Notes: a model not told the origin generated them from the letters alone. A DNA stretch of 57,053 nt from Poseidonia sp. (GCA_038118245.1 JAYOHN010000004.1:1-57053), one strand, 5' to 3'; positions 26,103-35,019 are shown, numbered from the stretch's first letter. Translations and numbers: made by a program.

Positions 26103-27257
26103 TCATTCGGTTTTGTTGCCCGTGGCCTCCTCACCGGGGCGAGCCAACGGACTGCTGAGCCAAACATGTTGGCGCCACGCCCCCAAACCCTCGATTTCAA
26201 TCGACGATTCGAGGTGGCATTCGGCGTCATGAGGCGCCTTGAAGCGAACCAGCGCCTCCGCGGATTCACCGGCCTCAAAGCGCTTGACGGGGGGACGTCC
26301 TCGGAACGACCAAGGAGGTTGAACACTCCACTGCGTGACGGAAAAGGGGACCTCGCCTGCCTGCAGGGTCATCGTCATGACGCCACGGTCCCCGTCGGTC
26401 CATCGCGCCTTCAAGACGGGGACGTAGCGTTCCCGCTGAGCGGATGCTCTCACGATGCTCACCATCGCAACGAGGGCGCAGGCGGTGACGACCAGCGGCA
26501 GCCATTGTTGGGCGGGGGTGAGGTGTAGGCTTGGGGTTGGAAGGCGGTCGTGTTTGAGCACCAATAACGCATCGCCATCGCTTCCTTCTTGCCCTCCAAA
26601 CACCGCGATGGTGTAGGACCATCCGCTGGGCTGCTGCTCCAAGTCAACCCCTGCAGCAGCAAGATGGTCCGCCGCCAGCATGGCGGTCATGCTCGTGGTG
26701 TTGTTTGCCTTCAGGGAAAACGCCACTTCGGGGCGCAATTCCCGGACGAGGTGGTCGGTGCTGCGTTGGTGACGGTCCAAGGCTCGGTCCTCGGTCAGCA
26801 CGAGGTACATCAGGGTTTGATTCGAAAGGTTCACCTTCGGTGTGATGTCGAGCTCAAAGGTCACAAAACGAGCGTTGTCCTCTGCCGCAACCACCTTGAC
26901 GCGACCCGAAAGTTCCACCATGTTCTCTGAAACTCGGACGTGTTGAATCTGGTGACCGCCCGAATTCACGCTGCTGGACGAGAGGTTGAATCGCTGACTT
27001 CGGTACACCGCATCATCGTCTGGCCAATCCGAACCGGTGGTTTCGCTCCATGTCCACCACACCCAATTCACGGTTGAGGCCTCGGGCGAGTGGGACGGGG
27101 CCTCAAGGTTGGCGGACAGAAACATCTCCCGCAACACTTCGGCGTCTTCCACAGGCACCTGTGCGTGAGCGTGAACGCTCCAAGTCGTGGCTGCGCCAGC
27201 CAGCGCAGGCGAAAGCAGGGTCACGACGAGCAAAACTCCCCATCCTCGCCCCCTCAC
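26103..27257 (-). CDS. Hypothetical bitopic membrane protein (signal peptide, ectodomain, TM helix, ~110-aa cytoplasmic domain)
   Basis: 384 aa with a GTG start overlapping the upstream stop (GTGA at 27254-27257). The signal-like N-terminus is MRGRGWGVLLVVTLLSPALAGAA and the TM helix is WLPLVVTACALVAMVSIV. Confidence 0.55.
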   Translation of the reverse strand: MRGRGWGVLLVVTLLSPALAGAATTWSVHAHAQVPVEDAEVLREMFLSANLEAPSHSPEASTVNWVWWTWSETTGSDWPDDDAVYRSQRFNLSSSSVNSGGHQIQHVRVSENMVELSGRVKVVAAEDNARFVTFELDITPKVNLSNQTLMYLVLTEDRALDRHQRSTDHLVRELRPEVAFSLKANNTTSMTAMLAADHLAAAGVDLEQQPSGWSYTIAVFGGQEGSDGDALLVLKHDRLPTPSLHLTPAQQWLPLVVTACALVAMVSIVRASAQRERYVPVLKARWTDGDRGVMTMTLQAGEVPFSVTQWSVQPPWSFRGRPPVKRFEAGESAEALVRFKAPHDAECHLESSIEIEGLGAWRQHVWLSSPLARPGEEATGNKTE

Positions 27258-29017
27258 GCCGCTGCCTCCTCGTCCCTCCAGGGCAGGCCCAATTTTCGTC
27301 GTAAAATGTTCTGCTCGTTCAGATCCACCATCAAGGTCACCCTGGCACCGAGCCAGACGGACAGCACCTCTTCACCGCAAGACAGGCGTGAACGGAACAG
27401 AAAGGCGCCCGAAGGGAGGTCGTGGAGGCCGGTTTCAGTGGTGAATTCCTCCATGAGCGGAGCCCATCCGCACAGCAAGCGAACGAAGATTTCGTCGTCG
27501 ATGTCGTCGATGTTTGCCTTGAAACCGTCCTTGAGCACGTAAACGGCTTCCTGCCGAGAGCGCCACGAGTCCTTTTTCAGCGTGAAAGCGGGCAACCCGA
27601 CGTGTGCCACACGAACAGGATGAAAACTCCCACCGGGCCAAACATCGCCTTTGTTGGTGGGCGATGGCGGGTCAAACAACCGCTGTTTGACCATCGGAGG
27701 CGCAAGGTTGAGTCGCTTTCCGCGCTGCCATACAGAATACGGGCTTGCATCCATGCCGTACATGGATTGGACAGCCTCAACCACCTCTTTGTCGGCCTCC
27801 ACGACGGTGTTGACCGTCACGGGGGGCAACCGCTTGGTGGGCGGTGTCCAGTCCGGCGAAGTTCGCAAAGCACGTCTCGACCGGTAGGTTTGGGCGATTC
27901 CATCGGGCGAATCCTCGGCACGATGACGCAATTTGGCTACAAAAAAGCCCCCCGTGTTCTGATCGGTGTGCCAGAGCCGGGCACAACCAACAAGCGCATC
28001 AGCGATGCGTCGTTCGCTCTCCGCTTCGCCCAAGCCCCGTTCCAAGCGGTCCAAGGGTGAAAGGTGGTGTTCGGCAAAGAAAGGCAAAGCCTCCACCTCG
28101 TCTTTGGGGCAAAGGCCGCCATCCTCCTTCAACAACGGCCATCGGTTCAAGCCTCGGTGGAGTTTGAGGCCGGGGACCTCAACGGTTTCCACCTCCAAAA
28201 AGGGATGGCGGCGGAGCAATTCGGCGACAACGGCTTCGTTTTCGATCGGGTCGATGCTGCAGGTGGAGTAGATCAACGCTCCACCCGGAATCAACAACGC
28301 TGCGCCGCGACTTGCAATTTCAACCTGCATCGTGAACATTTTCCGCCCTTCTTTGGGCGTCCACTGCCACCAAACATCGCGATTTTTTCGGGTCGTCGCT
28401 GTGCCGGTGCACGGAACATCGGCGATGACCCCGTCCACCCCAGGGGGGGGAAGACGAGCAAAGTGCCGGCCGTCGTGCTGGGTGACCACAACGTTGGTCA
28501 GGCCAAGGCGGCTTCGGTTGCTCACGAGCATGTTCAGCCGCCCGGAAACAGGTTCGTTGGCGATGACGACACCGTTTGGATGGAGGTGTTCGGCGGCTTG
28601 CGTGGTTTTCGAACCCGGTGCAGCGCACAGGTCGAGCACCAACCGGTCCGGATCTGTATCCAGCAAGCGAACGGGCAACATGCTTGCCGCTTCCTGCCGT
28701 GTAATGCGCCCCGTTTCGTGAAGCAGAGCCATCATTCGACCGGCATCTCCTGATGCTTTTCCACGGTTGAACGGCATGCTGAACGCCGTCTCTTCGGGCA
28801 TCCAAGGCAGGGGCTCCGCCCCGAGAGCCTTGACTTGGGACACGGTCCATTCTCGGTCGGTTCGGTGCAGGCTGATGCGGAAGGTTTCCGGCAACGGCTG
28901 GAGGGCCGTTTCAAGCCAAGCATCGACGTTGCGGCCAAGGTGGCCTACGAGCGCCGTGAGAGGTGAACGTTGAGCAGCCTCGGCCCGTTCTTGCTCAGCG
29001 ATGTCCCGTCCCCTCAC
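27254..29017 (-). CDS. NOL1/NOP2/Sun-family RNA cytosine-C5 methyltransferase
   Basis: 587 aa. The SAM site is VLDLCAAPGSKTTQAAE. The catalytic motifs are GVIADVPCTGTATTRKN and ALIYSTCSIDPIENEAVV. GTG start. Confidence 0.85.
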   Translation of the reverse strand: MRGRDIAEQERAEAAQRSPLTALVGHLGRNVDAWLETALQPLPETFRISLHRTDREWTVSQVKALGAEPLPWMPEETAFSMPFNRGKASGDAGRMMALLHETGRITRQEAASMLPVRLLDTDPDRLVLDLCAAPGSKTTQAAEHLHPNGVVIANEPVSGRLNMLVSNRSRLGLTNVVVTQHDGRHFARLPPPGVDGVIADVPCTGTATTRKNRDVWWQWTPKEGRKMFTMQVEIASRGAALLIPGGALIYSTCSIDPIENEAVVAELLRRHPFLEVETVEVPGLKLHRGLNRWPLLKEDGGLCPKDEVEALPFFAEHHLSPLDRLERGLGEAESERRIADALVGCARLWHTDQNTGGFFVAKLRHRAEDSPDGIAQTYRSRRALRTSPDWTPPTKRLPPVTVNTVVEADKEVVEAVQSMYGMDASPYSVWQRGKRLNLAPPMVKQRLFDPPSPTNKGDVWPGGSFHPVRVAHVGLPAFTLKKDSWRSRQEAVYVLKDGFKANIDDIDDEIFVRLLCGWAPLMEEFTTETGLHDLPSGAFLFRSRLSCGEEVLSVWLGARVTLMVDLNEQNILRRKLGLPWRDEEAAA

Positions 29018-29058
29018 GAGGCTTCCTTGAGCAGGGCCTCTTTTGGTCTTCCGCCACG

Positions 29059-30441
29059 ATGAAAGGATGCCTCGTCCGGTTGGGGGTTATGCTGGCGGAT
29101 GCTGCCCCGTGGTATCTTCCCGTTCTGGCGTTGACCTTGCTGGCATGGTTGGGGGCCGGCAGCCTTGAGCCGCGTTTACGTGCTCGACCGCGGTTACATG
29201 GACTGTATCTTGGTCTGCCCGTGCTGATGTTGAGCGGCCTCGTTGTGCATCGAGCGGCTGCCTTGTTTTCCCTTCACGCAGGGCACACCGAGGTGGCGTT
29301 GTACCTTGGCTCCTCAGCTTCGTCGATGGAAAAACTTCGGCTCCTGTTCACCGGGCACGGCGGGGTTGAAGGAGCCATGGTCGCGTTGGTGGTGTTCGCT
29401 CTTGCGTCGCCTGCCCTACCAAGCCTGCGCAAGGCGAGCGAATCCACGAAACGGTTTGTTCGAAACGGCCTCATGGCCCACAACGCTGCTTGGGTGTTGT
29501 TGGGCATGCTTCTGTTGTTGCCCGCCGACGCCCACGCTGCCGGCACTTCGCTGCCTTCAAACCCCATCCTTCCCGTACCGTCCTGGTCTGTTTTTGCAGG
29601 CATCGTTCTTTTCACGCTCCTCGTCATGATGGCCGGGGAATTGCTGGTCGGTACGTCCCGCATGGCAGCCAACCAAGACACCAAGACGCTTGTTCAACGT
29701 GCTTTGCTCAAAACTTGGATTGCCGGGACGCTTGCGTGGATGGCCGTGTTTCAATCCGATGTCTTCTCGACCTTATGGTGGCCGCGGCCCGCACACGACC
29801 CCCGCTCGCACGCCGCTCTTCTCGTGGTGAGTTACGCCACCTTGGTTTCCATGTTCCATGCCCCCTTGGTTGAGGTTGAGCACCGTTTTTCACATCACCC
29901 GAGGCAAAGCAGGACATTGGCTGGGGGTCTGCTCTTGGCTGCGATCGTCGTGTTTTTGGTGACGCTGCAAACGCTCTCTTTTGTTCCTCTTTACGGTGAT
30001 GGGATGGTTGCGGTGTTGACCGCATGGCGGCTCGTGGCGACGATGTTTCTCGCATGCGGCCTTCTGATGATGTTTCCTTTGGTGGGTTACGATGCGGCCC
30101 AACGTCCAGAAGCGTGGTGGTTTCGAATCGGCTGGTTGGTGCTGATAGCGGGGGGCCCTCTGCTTTCCGCGACGACTTGGTTGCTTGTTCCAGGTCTGTT
30201 CATGGCGGCCGCAGCCTTGGTCCTCTTCCCTCTCTTCGTGGAAGCTCCAACGAGGCCTGTGGCTGCCTCGAGGGTTGGCTTCCTCGTGGTCCTCGGGGTT
30301 TTGGTTGCGCTCTGGGCGGTGGTGTTCACCGCCCGTGGCGTGTTGTTGTCCAGTTTACTGTCCTTGCTCGTCGCCAACCTTGCTCTGCGTGCCCTGCTGT
30401 CTCGGTGGACGGCTTCGTCAGGGGTTGAAACCTCAGCCTGA
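29059..30441 (+). CDS. Hypothetical polytopic membrane protein (about 12 TM helices)
   Basis: From ORF 28963..30441, with the start moved to the ATG at 29059 (MKGCLVRLGVMLADAAPWYLPVLALTLLAWL) to avoid overlapping the divergent methyltransferase. It is hydrophobic throughout. No family recognised. Confidence 0.6.
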   Translation: MKGCLVRLGVMLADAAPWYLPVLALTLLAWLGAGSLEPRLRARPRLHGLYLGLPVLMLSGLVVHRAAALFSLHAGHTEVALYLGSSASSMEKLRLLFTGHGGVEGAMVALVVFALASPALPSLRKASESTKRFVRNGLMAHNAAWVLLGMLLLLPADAHAAGTSLPSNPILPVPSWSVFAGIVLFTLLVMMAGELLVGTSRMAANQDTKTLVQRALLKTWIAGTLAWMAVFQSDVFSTLWWPRPAHDPRSHAALLVVSYATLVSMFHAPLVEVEHRFSHHPRQSRTLAGGLLLAAIVVFLVTLQTLSFVPLYGDGMVAVLTAWRLVATMFLACGLLMMFPLVGYDAAQRPEAWWFRIGWLVLIAGGPLLSATTWLLVPGLFMAAAALVLFPLFVEAPTRPVAASRVGFLVVLGVLVALWAVVFTARGVLLSSLLSLLVANLALRALLSRWTASSGVETSA

Positions 30442-30490
30442 AGGCTTCTTTCGTCGCGCTTGTTATAGCCAAGTTGAGGAAGGAGGGAAC

Positions 30491-30506
30491 GAAATCTTCG
30501 GATTTC
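30491..30506 (+). other. Perfect 6-bp hairpin with a UUCG tetraloop
   Basis: GAAATC-TTCG-GATTTC. It lies 50 nt after the stop of the membrane protein and 16 nt before the candidate ATG at 30522, just downstream of a GGAGGG element. Confidence 0.35.
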
Positions 30507-30521
30507 AGGGATGGGACCCTT

Positions 30522-30878
30522 ATGGCACGAGCATTTCGCGCAGGCGTTGACGAACATAGGAAAATCAGCATGCCGCTTCGCCGTCGACGATGGAAACCTG
30601 TGCAAGACCTTGCTTCCCTCTCCACCCGCACGCAACGAATTGGACAACAAATGGGGCCAAGCGTCGACGTCCCATCCCTGGTTCGTATCGAAAACGAACA
30701 TTGGGTGTTCGAACGCATTGAGGAAGTCACCTTGTTCAACATCACGCACCGGTTGGTGCTCGCTTCGGAGGATGGCGACCAAGTGTTGGGCGTGACCGAG
30801 GATTTCACAACGGCCGTTGAGGTGGCGCGATGCATGGCTGAAAACGACGGAAAAGTCGTCGTGATTCAGCCGATTTAA
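30522..30878 (+). CDS. Hypothetical small protein
   Basis: This is the in-frame ATG within ORF 30474..30878. The C-terminal half (SLVRIENEHWVFERIEEVTLFNITHRLVLASEDGDQVLGVTEDFTTAVEVARCMAENDGKVVVIQPI) has globular, acidic composition. The start is uncertain. Confidence 0.35.
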   Translation: MARAFRAGVDEHRKISMPLRRRRWKPVQDLASLSTRTQRIGQQMGPSVDVPSLVRIENEHWVFERIEEVTLFNITHRLVLASEDGDQVLGVTEDFTTAVEVARCMAENDGKVVVIQPI

Positions 30879-30881
30879 CCC

Positions 30882-31076
30882 TCAAAACAAGCCCATGATC
30901 GCTTGAACAACGCCTTCGTTGACGAGGTAGAAAAAGCCGCCAAGAGCGATGCAGGCGAAGTAGACCTGAGCGGGCGTGATTTTCCACGAGTCCTCTGATT
31001 CTTCATCGAAGTACCGAATCAAACCCGCGGCTTGCTGGATGCCGCTTCCGTCGCTTTTCTTTTTCTTCGCTGCCAT
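30882..31076 (-). CDS. Preprotein translocase subunit Sec61beta
   Basis: 64 aa. It has a basic N-terminus, the conserved AAGLIRYFDEE...KITPAQV and a C-terminal TM helix YFACIALGGFFYLV. Confidence 0.85.
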   Translation of the reverse strand: MAAKKKKSDGSGIQQAAGLIRYFDEESEDSWKITPAQVYFACIALGGFFYLVNEGVVQAIMGLF

Positions 31077-31126
31077 GGCGACCGTTCTTGGCCAGCGACC
31101 TCCCCCTTATGAACGCGACGCGCGGC

Positions 31127-32008
31127 TTATTCTTCTTCCACCGGCCCAGCAGTGAGGTCCACGAAGGGTACTTCTTCTTCAGACGTGAGCATGACGACCG
31201 TAGAGGCATCGGTCAACAAAAGGGTGTGGGTTTCGTCGACCACCAAACCGTCAACGGTGAATCGGTCGGCGGGTTCGTGAAGCGCGGATTCGTCCGAAGC
31301 CTCCAGATGGATGAGGGAGGCCTCGATGCGGGCCAGCGCACGCTCCACCCCCGGAGCGTTGTCTTCAGCGAGCGCTTGTTTGGCCATGTGGAGGTCATCG
31401 TTCACGGCGTCCACCCATCCCTGCACGGTTTCGTCGTCCTTCGCAAGAGCCGTCTTTTGCTCACTTCGCAAGGCGAAGCGTTGAATGTGCTCGGAGAGGG
31501 TTGTTTTGGCGTTGCTTCGCAAGGCGCGCCATTCCGCTTCGTTTCTCTTGGCGTTCGTTTCGGCATGACGGCTCATGAACCGCTCCGCTGTTCGACCGTG
31601 AGCCATTTCCCACGGCGGCTGACCGAGCGAGCTGACGACATCAAAGACCAAGCGTGACCGTTCCTGTAACGGCCCTTCGAGGGTGACGATGTTCAGGTAG
31701 CCAGAGGTGACCAAACCCCACCCCCAATACGGAACCGAGGCAATTTCCACCCGCAAATCTCCGCTTTGTGTCGTGAGCGTCCATCGCTGTTCGTTGTAAC
31801 CGGGCGGTTCGGTGAACATCGGCGTCTCGGGATGAGGCAGGTGGGCAAGAAACGCTTGACCGACGTCCCCGAGGTACACCGTGGCTTTTGGACCCTGAAA
31901 ATGGCGTCCTCGGAGCAAACCGGTCGCCGTGTCCATGCAGTGGGATGCCTCCGCTTTTCTGACTTGAGCCACCAGGACGGACCGCGAGGGGTCAACCACG
32001 TGGTCCAT
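31127..32008 (-). CDS. Hypothetical protein, translationally coupled to the upstream ATP-grasp gene
   Basis: From ORF 31127..32095, with the start moved to the ATG at 32006-32008 (MDHVVDPSRS...). That ATG shares its A with the upstream TGA stop. 293 aa with a helical, acidic C-terminal half. No family recognised. Confidence 0.5.
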   Translation of the reverse strand: MDHVVDPSRSVLVAQVRKAEASHCMDTATGLLRGRHFQGPKATVYLGDVGQAFLAHLPHPETPMFTEPPGYNEQRWTLTTQSGDLRVEIASVPYWGWGLVTSGYLNIVTLEGPLQERSRLVFDVVSSLGQPPWEMAHGRTAERFMSRHAETNAKRNEAEWRALRSNAKTTLSEHIQRFALRSEQKTALAKDDETVQGWVDAVNDDLHMAKQALAEDNAPGVERALARIEASLIHLEASDESALHEPADRFTVDGLVVDETHTLLLTDASTVVMLTSEEEVPFVDLTAGPVEEE

Positions 32009-32940
32009 CACGTCCCCTCGTTCACCGGCGGCGCCTTGCCTGCAGACCACAAACGACCGCCCAATTCCTCCCATTCCACGGATTGGGGATGGCATGAGTT
32101 GTGATAATTGGTAAACTCACCAAACACCCATTCATCACCCACCAGGAACATGTCCACCCGTGTGTAATCAATGTCTTCAGCCAGGCGTTCGGTGGTCGCC
32201 ACGAGGGAGGCTCGAAGTTCTGGGGTCAACAAGCCGTCCAAATCAAGCGGCAAATCACCGATGTTCCATCTTGGGTTTGTTTGGTGGATTTGCTTGCCGT
32301 CAAGATCGTAAATCGCCTGACAGTGTTGGCCAAGGCGCCCCGTGTCGTATTGAATGAAGCCCGCCTTTCCGTGAAAGACATGCACTTTCCAATCGTTCGG
32401 CAAGCGGTTTCCGTCGGTCAGCAATTCCTCGACCATGACGCCTCGCGGTTGAATGTTGTCCGCCCCCCATTCGAGGGGAGCAGGGTAGGGTTTCTTGAGG
32501 CATTTTTTCAAATTCCGCTCGATTCTCCATCTCGGCCAAGGAATGCCGTACTGGTCCTTCCCGTTGCGAATCACCCGGTAACCGTTCTTTTGCCGCGCCC
32601 ATGGTCGAAACCTCCGATGCGAATCGTCCAACGGCTTTTCCCCGTTGTCCATGATGAAGAGGGCCTCTCCGGACCAATGGTTGGCTTTGATGACGCAGCG
32701 GTCTGGAAATTCATCCCAGGGCAGTGCAGCGCTGTTGGGGGACCAATGATACAACTGAGTCAGTCGACCTACGCCCTTTGCAGCAACGATCTCACGGGAA
32801 CGATACTTGTCCTCCATGTGAATCAGCAACGGGTTCCGGTCCTCCAAACACCGTTTCAATTGCATCTGACTGTAATGGTGCGCTTTGGAAGGGTCGAGGC
32901 GATGATGCGGTTGTGTCCCGCCGGGAACCAAACCCTCCAT
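32008..32940 (-). CDS. TupA-like ATP-grasp amidoligase family protein
   Basis: From ORF 32008..33177, with the start moved to Met80 (ATG at 32938-32940) because the upstream part overlaps the divergent gene at 33046. The pattern EDKYRSREIV...LPWDEFPDRCVIKANHWSGEALFI ... NDWKVHVFHGKAGFIQYDTGR ... YTRVDMFLVGDEWVFGEFTNY matches my recollection of the ATPgrasp_TupA family. Confidence 0.65.
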   Translation of the reverse strand: MEGLVPGGTQPHHRLDPSKAHHYSQMQLKRCLEDRNPLLIHMEDKYRSREIVAAKGVGRLTQLYHWSPNSAALPWDEFPDRCVIKANHWSGEALFIMDNGEKPLDDSHRRFRPWARQKNGYRVIRNGKDQYGIPWPRWRIERNLKKCLKKPYPAPLEWGADNIQPRGVMVEELLTDGNRLPNDWKVHVFHGKAGFIQYDTGRLGQHCQAIYDLDGKQIHQTNPRWNIGDLPLDLDGLLTPELRASLVATTERLAEDIDYTRVDMFLVGDEWVFGEFTNYHNSCHPQSVEWEELGGRLWSAGKAPPVNEGT

Positions 32941-33045
32941 GGAGGGTGGAAGGTGCCGCTGCTCAAGAAGAAACCGATAGCGCCGTTCGTCGTTGTCCGC
33001 AGGAAAGTTCAAATTGGGGCAGATGCATAACGACGCCGAAGCACC

Positions 33046-33516
33046 ATGGCCAAGAAAGACGCCCTCGCCGAACTCACCTCCCTCCCCGGTGTCGGAGCCG
33101 CCACCGCCAAGAAACTGGTGGACGGGAAGTTCACCACGGTCGCGAAGATTGCAAAAGCCAGTGCAAAGGACTTGCAAAAAGCCGGCCTTTCCGCGGCTAT
33201 CGCCAAAAAAGTCCTTGCTGCCGCCAAAACAGCATCAACCGTCTCCTCCACGGCAAAGAAAGCGGGTGCAGCCACCAAATCCACCGCAAAGAAAGCCGGA
33301 TCCAAGGCCGCTAAAGGCGCGAAGAAAACAGCCTCGGCTGCCAAAAAGGCCACCCAAAAAGCGGTTTCAAAAGGCCAAGAAGTGGCCGAAGAAGTGGTTG
33401 AGAAAACCTCCTCGGCCGCCACTTCTCTGAAAACCCAGAAAAGCGAGGGCAGGAAAGGGAACACGATCAGCGTTCCTCGGTCGGTCAAGGACATGCCTTG
33501 GTTCAAAAAGGGTTGA
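33046..33516 (+). CDS. Helix-hairpin-helix DNA-binding protein with a Lys/Ala-rich histone-H1-like tail
   Basis: 156 aa. The HhH motifs are LTSLPGVGAATAKKLV and AKDLQKAGLSAAIAKKVL. Then comes the low-complexity STAKKAGAATKSTAKKAGSKAAKGAKKTASAAKKATQKAVSKG. Confidence 0.7.
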   Translation: MAKKDALAELTSLPGVGAATAKKLVDGKFTTVAKIAKASAKDLQKAGLSAAIAKKVLAAAKTASTVSSTAKKAGAATKSTAKKAGSKAAKGAKKTASAAKKATQKAVSKGQEVAEEVVEKTSSAATSLKTQKSEGRKGNTISVPRSVKDMPWFKKG

Positions 33517-33736
33517 TTTCACCGTTAGGTTTGAAGGCCCTCTTGGCCGAATCCTCGCCATGCCTCGGCGAAAGTACGGCCGGCTCCGCAAAACCGTGGA
33601 ACAGCCCGCCAAAGGAAATTGTTCTCGCTGCAGGTCTGGAAAGCATTGCCCCATCGATGGCCACGCAGGCAACATCGTTCAACCTCATCGGCTTTGGACG
33701 GGCCCCGAGCAGGTCAGCAAGCGAAAGAAATCAACC

Positions 33737-34828
33737 TCATGACTCCACGATGCCGCGTGAACTGGTTGAAGGGGTCGTCTCTTCGACGGGTTCAACGGCC
33801 GGTGCTTGTTCCTCCAATTCTTCACGAAGCGCTTGGGCACGGTGGTAGACTTCTCGGAGTGTTTGGTCGGAGATTTCGAGGTACACCCTTGTCGTCGCAA
33901 TGGTGGCGTGCCCCATCAACCGCTGGATGGTGACCAGGTCAGCACCCCGTTCGAGCAGGCCCGTTGCGAAGTTGTGGCGAAGCACGTGAGGCGTGAGTTT
34001 CCCTTTTGGCAGGCCGGCTTCTTCCGCAAGAGCATCCATCATGCGCTGAACGCCGCGAGGTTGCAGACGACGTCCACGCCGGTTCAGGAAACAAGCCCCC
34101 TGGTCGCTTGGTTGAAATCGTTCGCGAATCGGAATCCATGCGTGAAGGCGGGCCAGCGTTCGTTGCGTGAACAACACCAATCGGTCTTTGTCGCCTTTTC
34201 CACCCATGATTCGGGCTGAACCGTCGTCAAAATCGATGTCTTCCATGTTGAGTGCACACACCTCGCTGACTCGCATGCCGGTGTCAAGCATCATGGTGAC
34301 CACCAAAGCAGCGGCTGGATTCTCGCTGATGTTGGCGGCTTCCAAAACCGTGGTGAGTTCACGTCGCGTCAAGGTTCTCGGCAGGCGTTTTCCTGTCCTG
34401 GCTCGCTGAAGATGGTCGGGCCAGCGCAAACCAAGCCACTTCACCAAGTGGCGGGCCGCTGCGAGGCGGGCGTTGAACGTCGTCGGTCGCAAATCGGCGA
34501 TCCCGTGAGCCCAGATGTCCAAACGTCCGTTCATTGGTTCCATGCGACCTGCGAGGGTTTCAATGGACATGTCTTCAAACGCCTCTTCGCTCAGAACATC
34601 CTCGCCAGGCAGCGTTGTTTCAATCAACGCTCGGAGTCCGTAGAAATACGATTTTTGCGTGTTTTCGGACTTGTTTTCCGCTTGGAGTTGACGCTGATAG
34701 CTGGTTTTCCAAGGGAGGTGGCGAAGGTGAACAAGTCGCGCAGGGAGGTTGAGTTCATCGTTCACCAATCTTCGTTGGCTCGGCCGACGAGCCTTCGGTT
34801 GTGGCGTTCGCTTCTCTCGTTCATCCAT
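33737..34828 (-). CDS. xerA: Tyrosine recombinase (XerA/XerC/XerD-like integrase)
   Basis: The track ORF starts at TTG 34909, and the first ATG is 34828. The C-terminal catalytic region is LTPHVLRHNFATGLLERGADLVTIQRLMGHATIATTRVYLEI (HxxR ... H ... Y). An upstream RLPRTLT carries the first Arg. XerA versus mobile-element integrase cannot be decided from sequence alone. Confidence 0.8.
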   Translation of the reverse strand: MDEREKRTPQPKARRPSQRRLVNDELNLPARLVHLRHLPWKTSYQRQLQAENKSENTQKSYFYGLRALIETTLPGEDVLSEEAFEDMSIETLAGRMEPMNGRLDIWAHGIADLRPTTFNARLAAARHLVKWLGLRWPDHLQRARTGKRLPRTLTRRELTTVLEAANISENPAAALVVTMMLDTGMRVSEVCALNMEDIDFDDGSARIMGGKGDKDRLVLFTQRTLARLHAWIPIRERFQPSDQGACFLNRRGRRLQPRGVQRMMDALAEEAGLPKGKLTPHVLRHNFATGLLERGADLVTIQRLMGHATIATTRVYLEISDQTLREVYHRAQALREELEEQAPAVEPVEETTPSTSSRGIVES

Positions 34829-35019
34829 TGGCGTCACCGCCTCCCGCCGGAGCGGGTGTGCATCCCGTGTCCCTGAGGACGCTCCGACATACGTGGCCGT
34901 GTTTATCAACTCATCGTCGTGGATGAGGGAGAAAGGGTTGGGGCCCCGGACGAGCCTTGGCGCGTGGGGGGCCGTTGTACAACTCGGTGAGTTGGAAGAA
35001 GGTCAGCAGCAGGCTGCAC

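Noticed and set aside
30087-30782. 231-aa minus-strand ORF
   Set aside because: Its 3' two-thirds are antisense to the well-supported polytopic membrane protein gene (to 30441), and its sequence is Arg/Ala/Thr-rich low complexity.
33009-33506. 165-aa minus-strand ORF rich in Ala/Phe
   Set aside because: It is antisense to the Lys/Ala-rich tail of the HhH protein (AAG/GCN codons read backwards as CTT/NGC). The plus strand has recognisable HhH motifs.
33517-33736. 220-bp convergent spacer between the HhH gene and the recombinase as a possible small RNA locus
   Set aside because: Only short 4-bp palindromes are present (GGCC-CTCTT-GGCC, CGCC...GGCG). I could see no C/D-box, H/ACA or tRNA-like features, so there is not enough evidence to call a feature.
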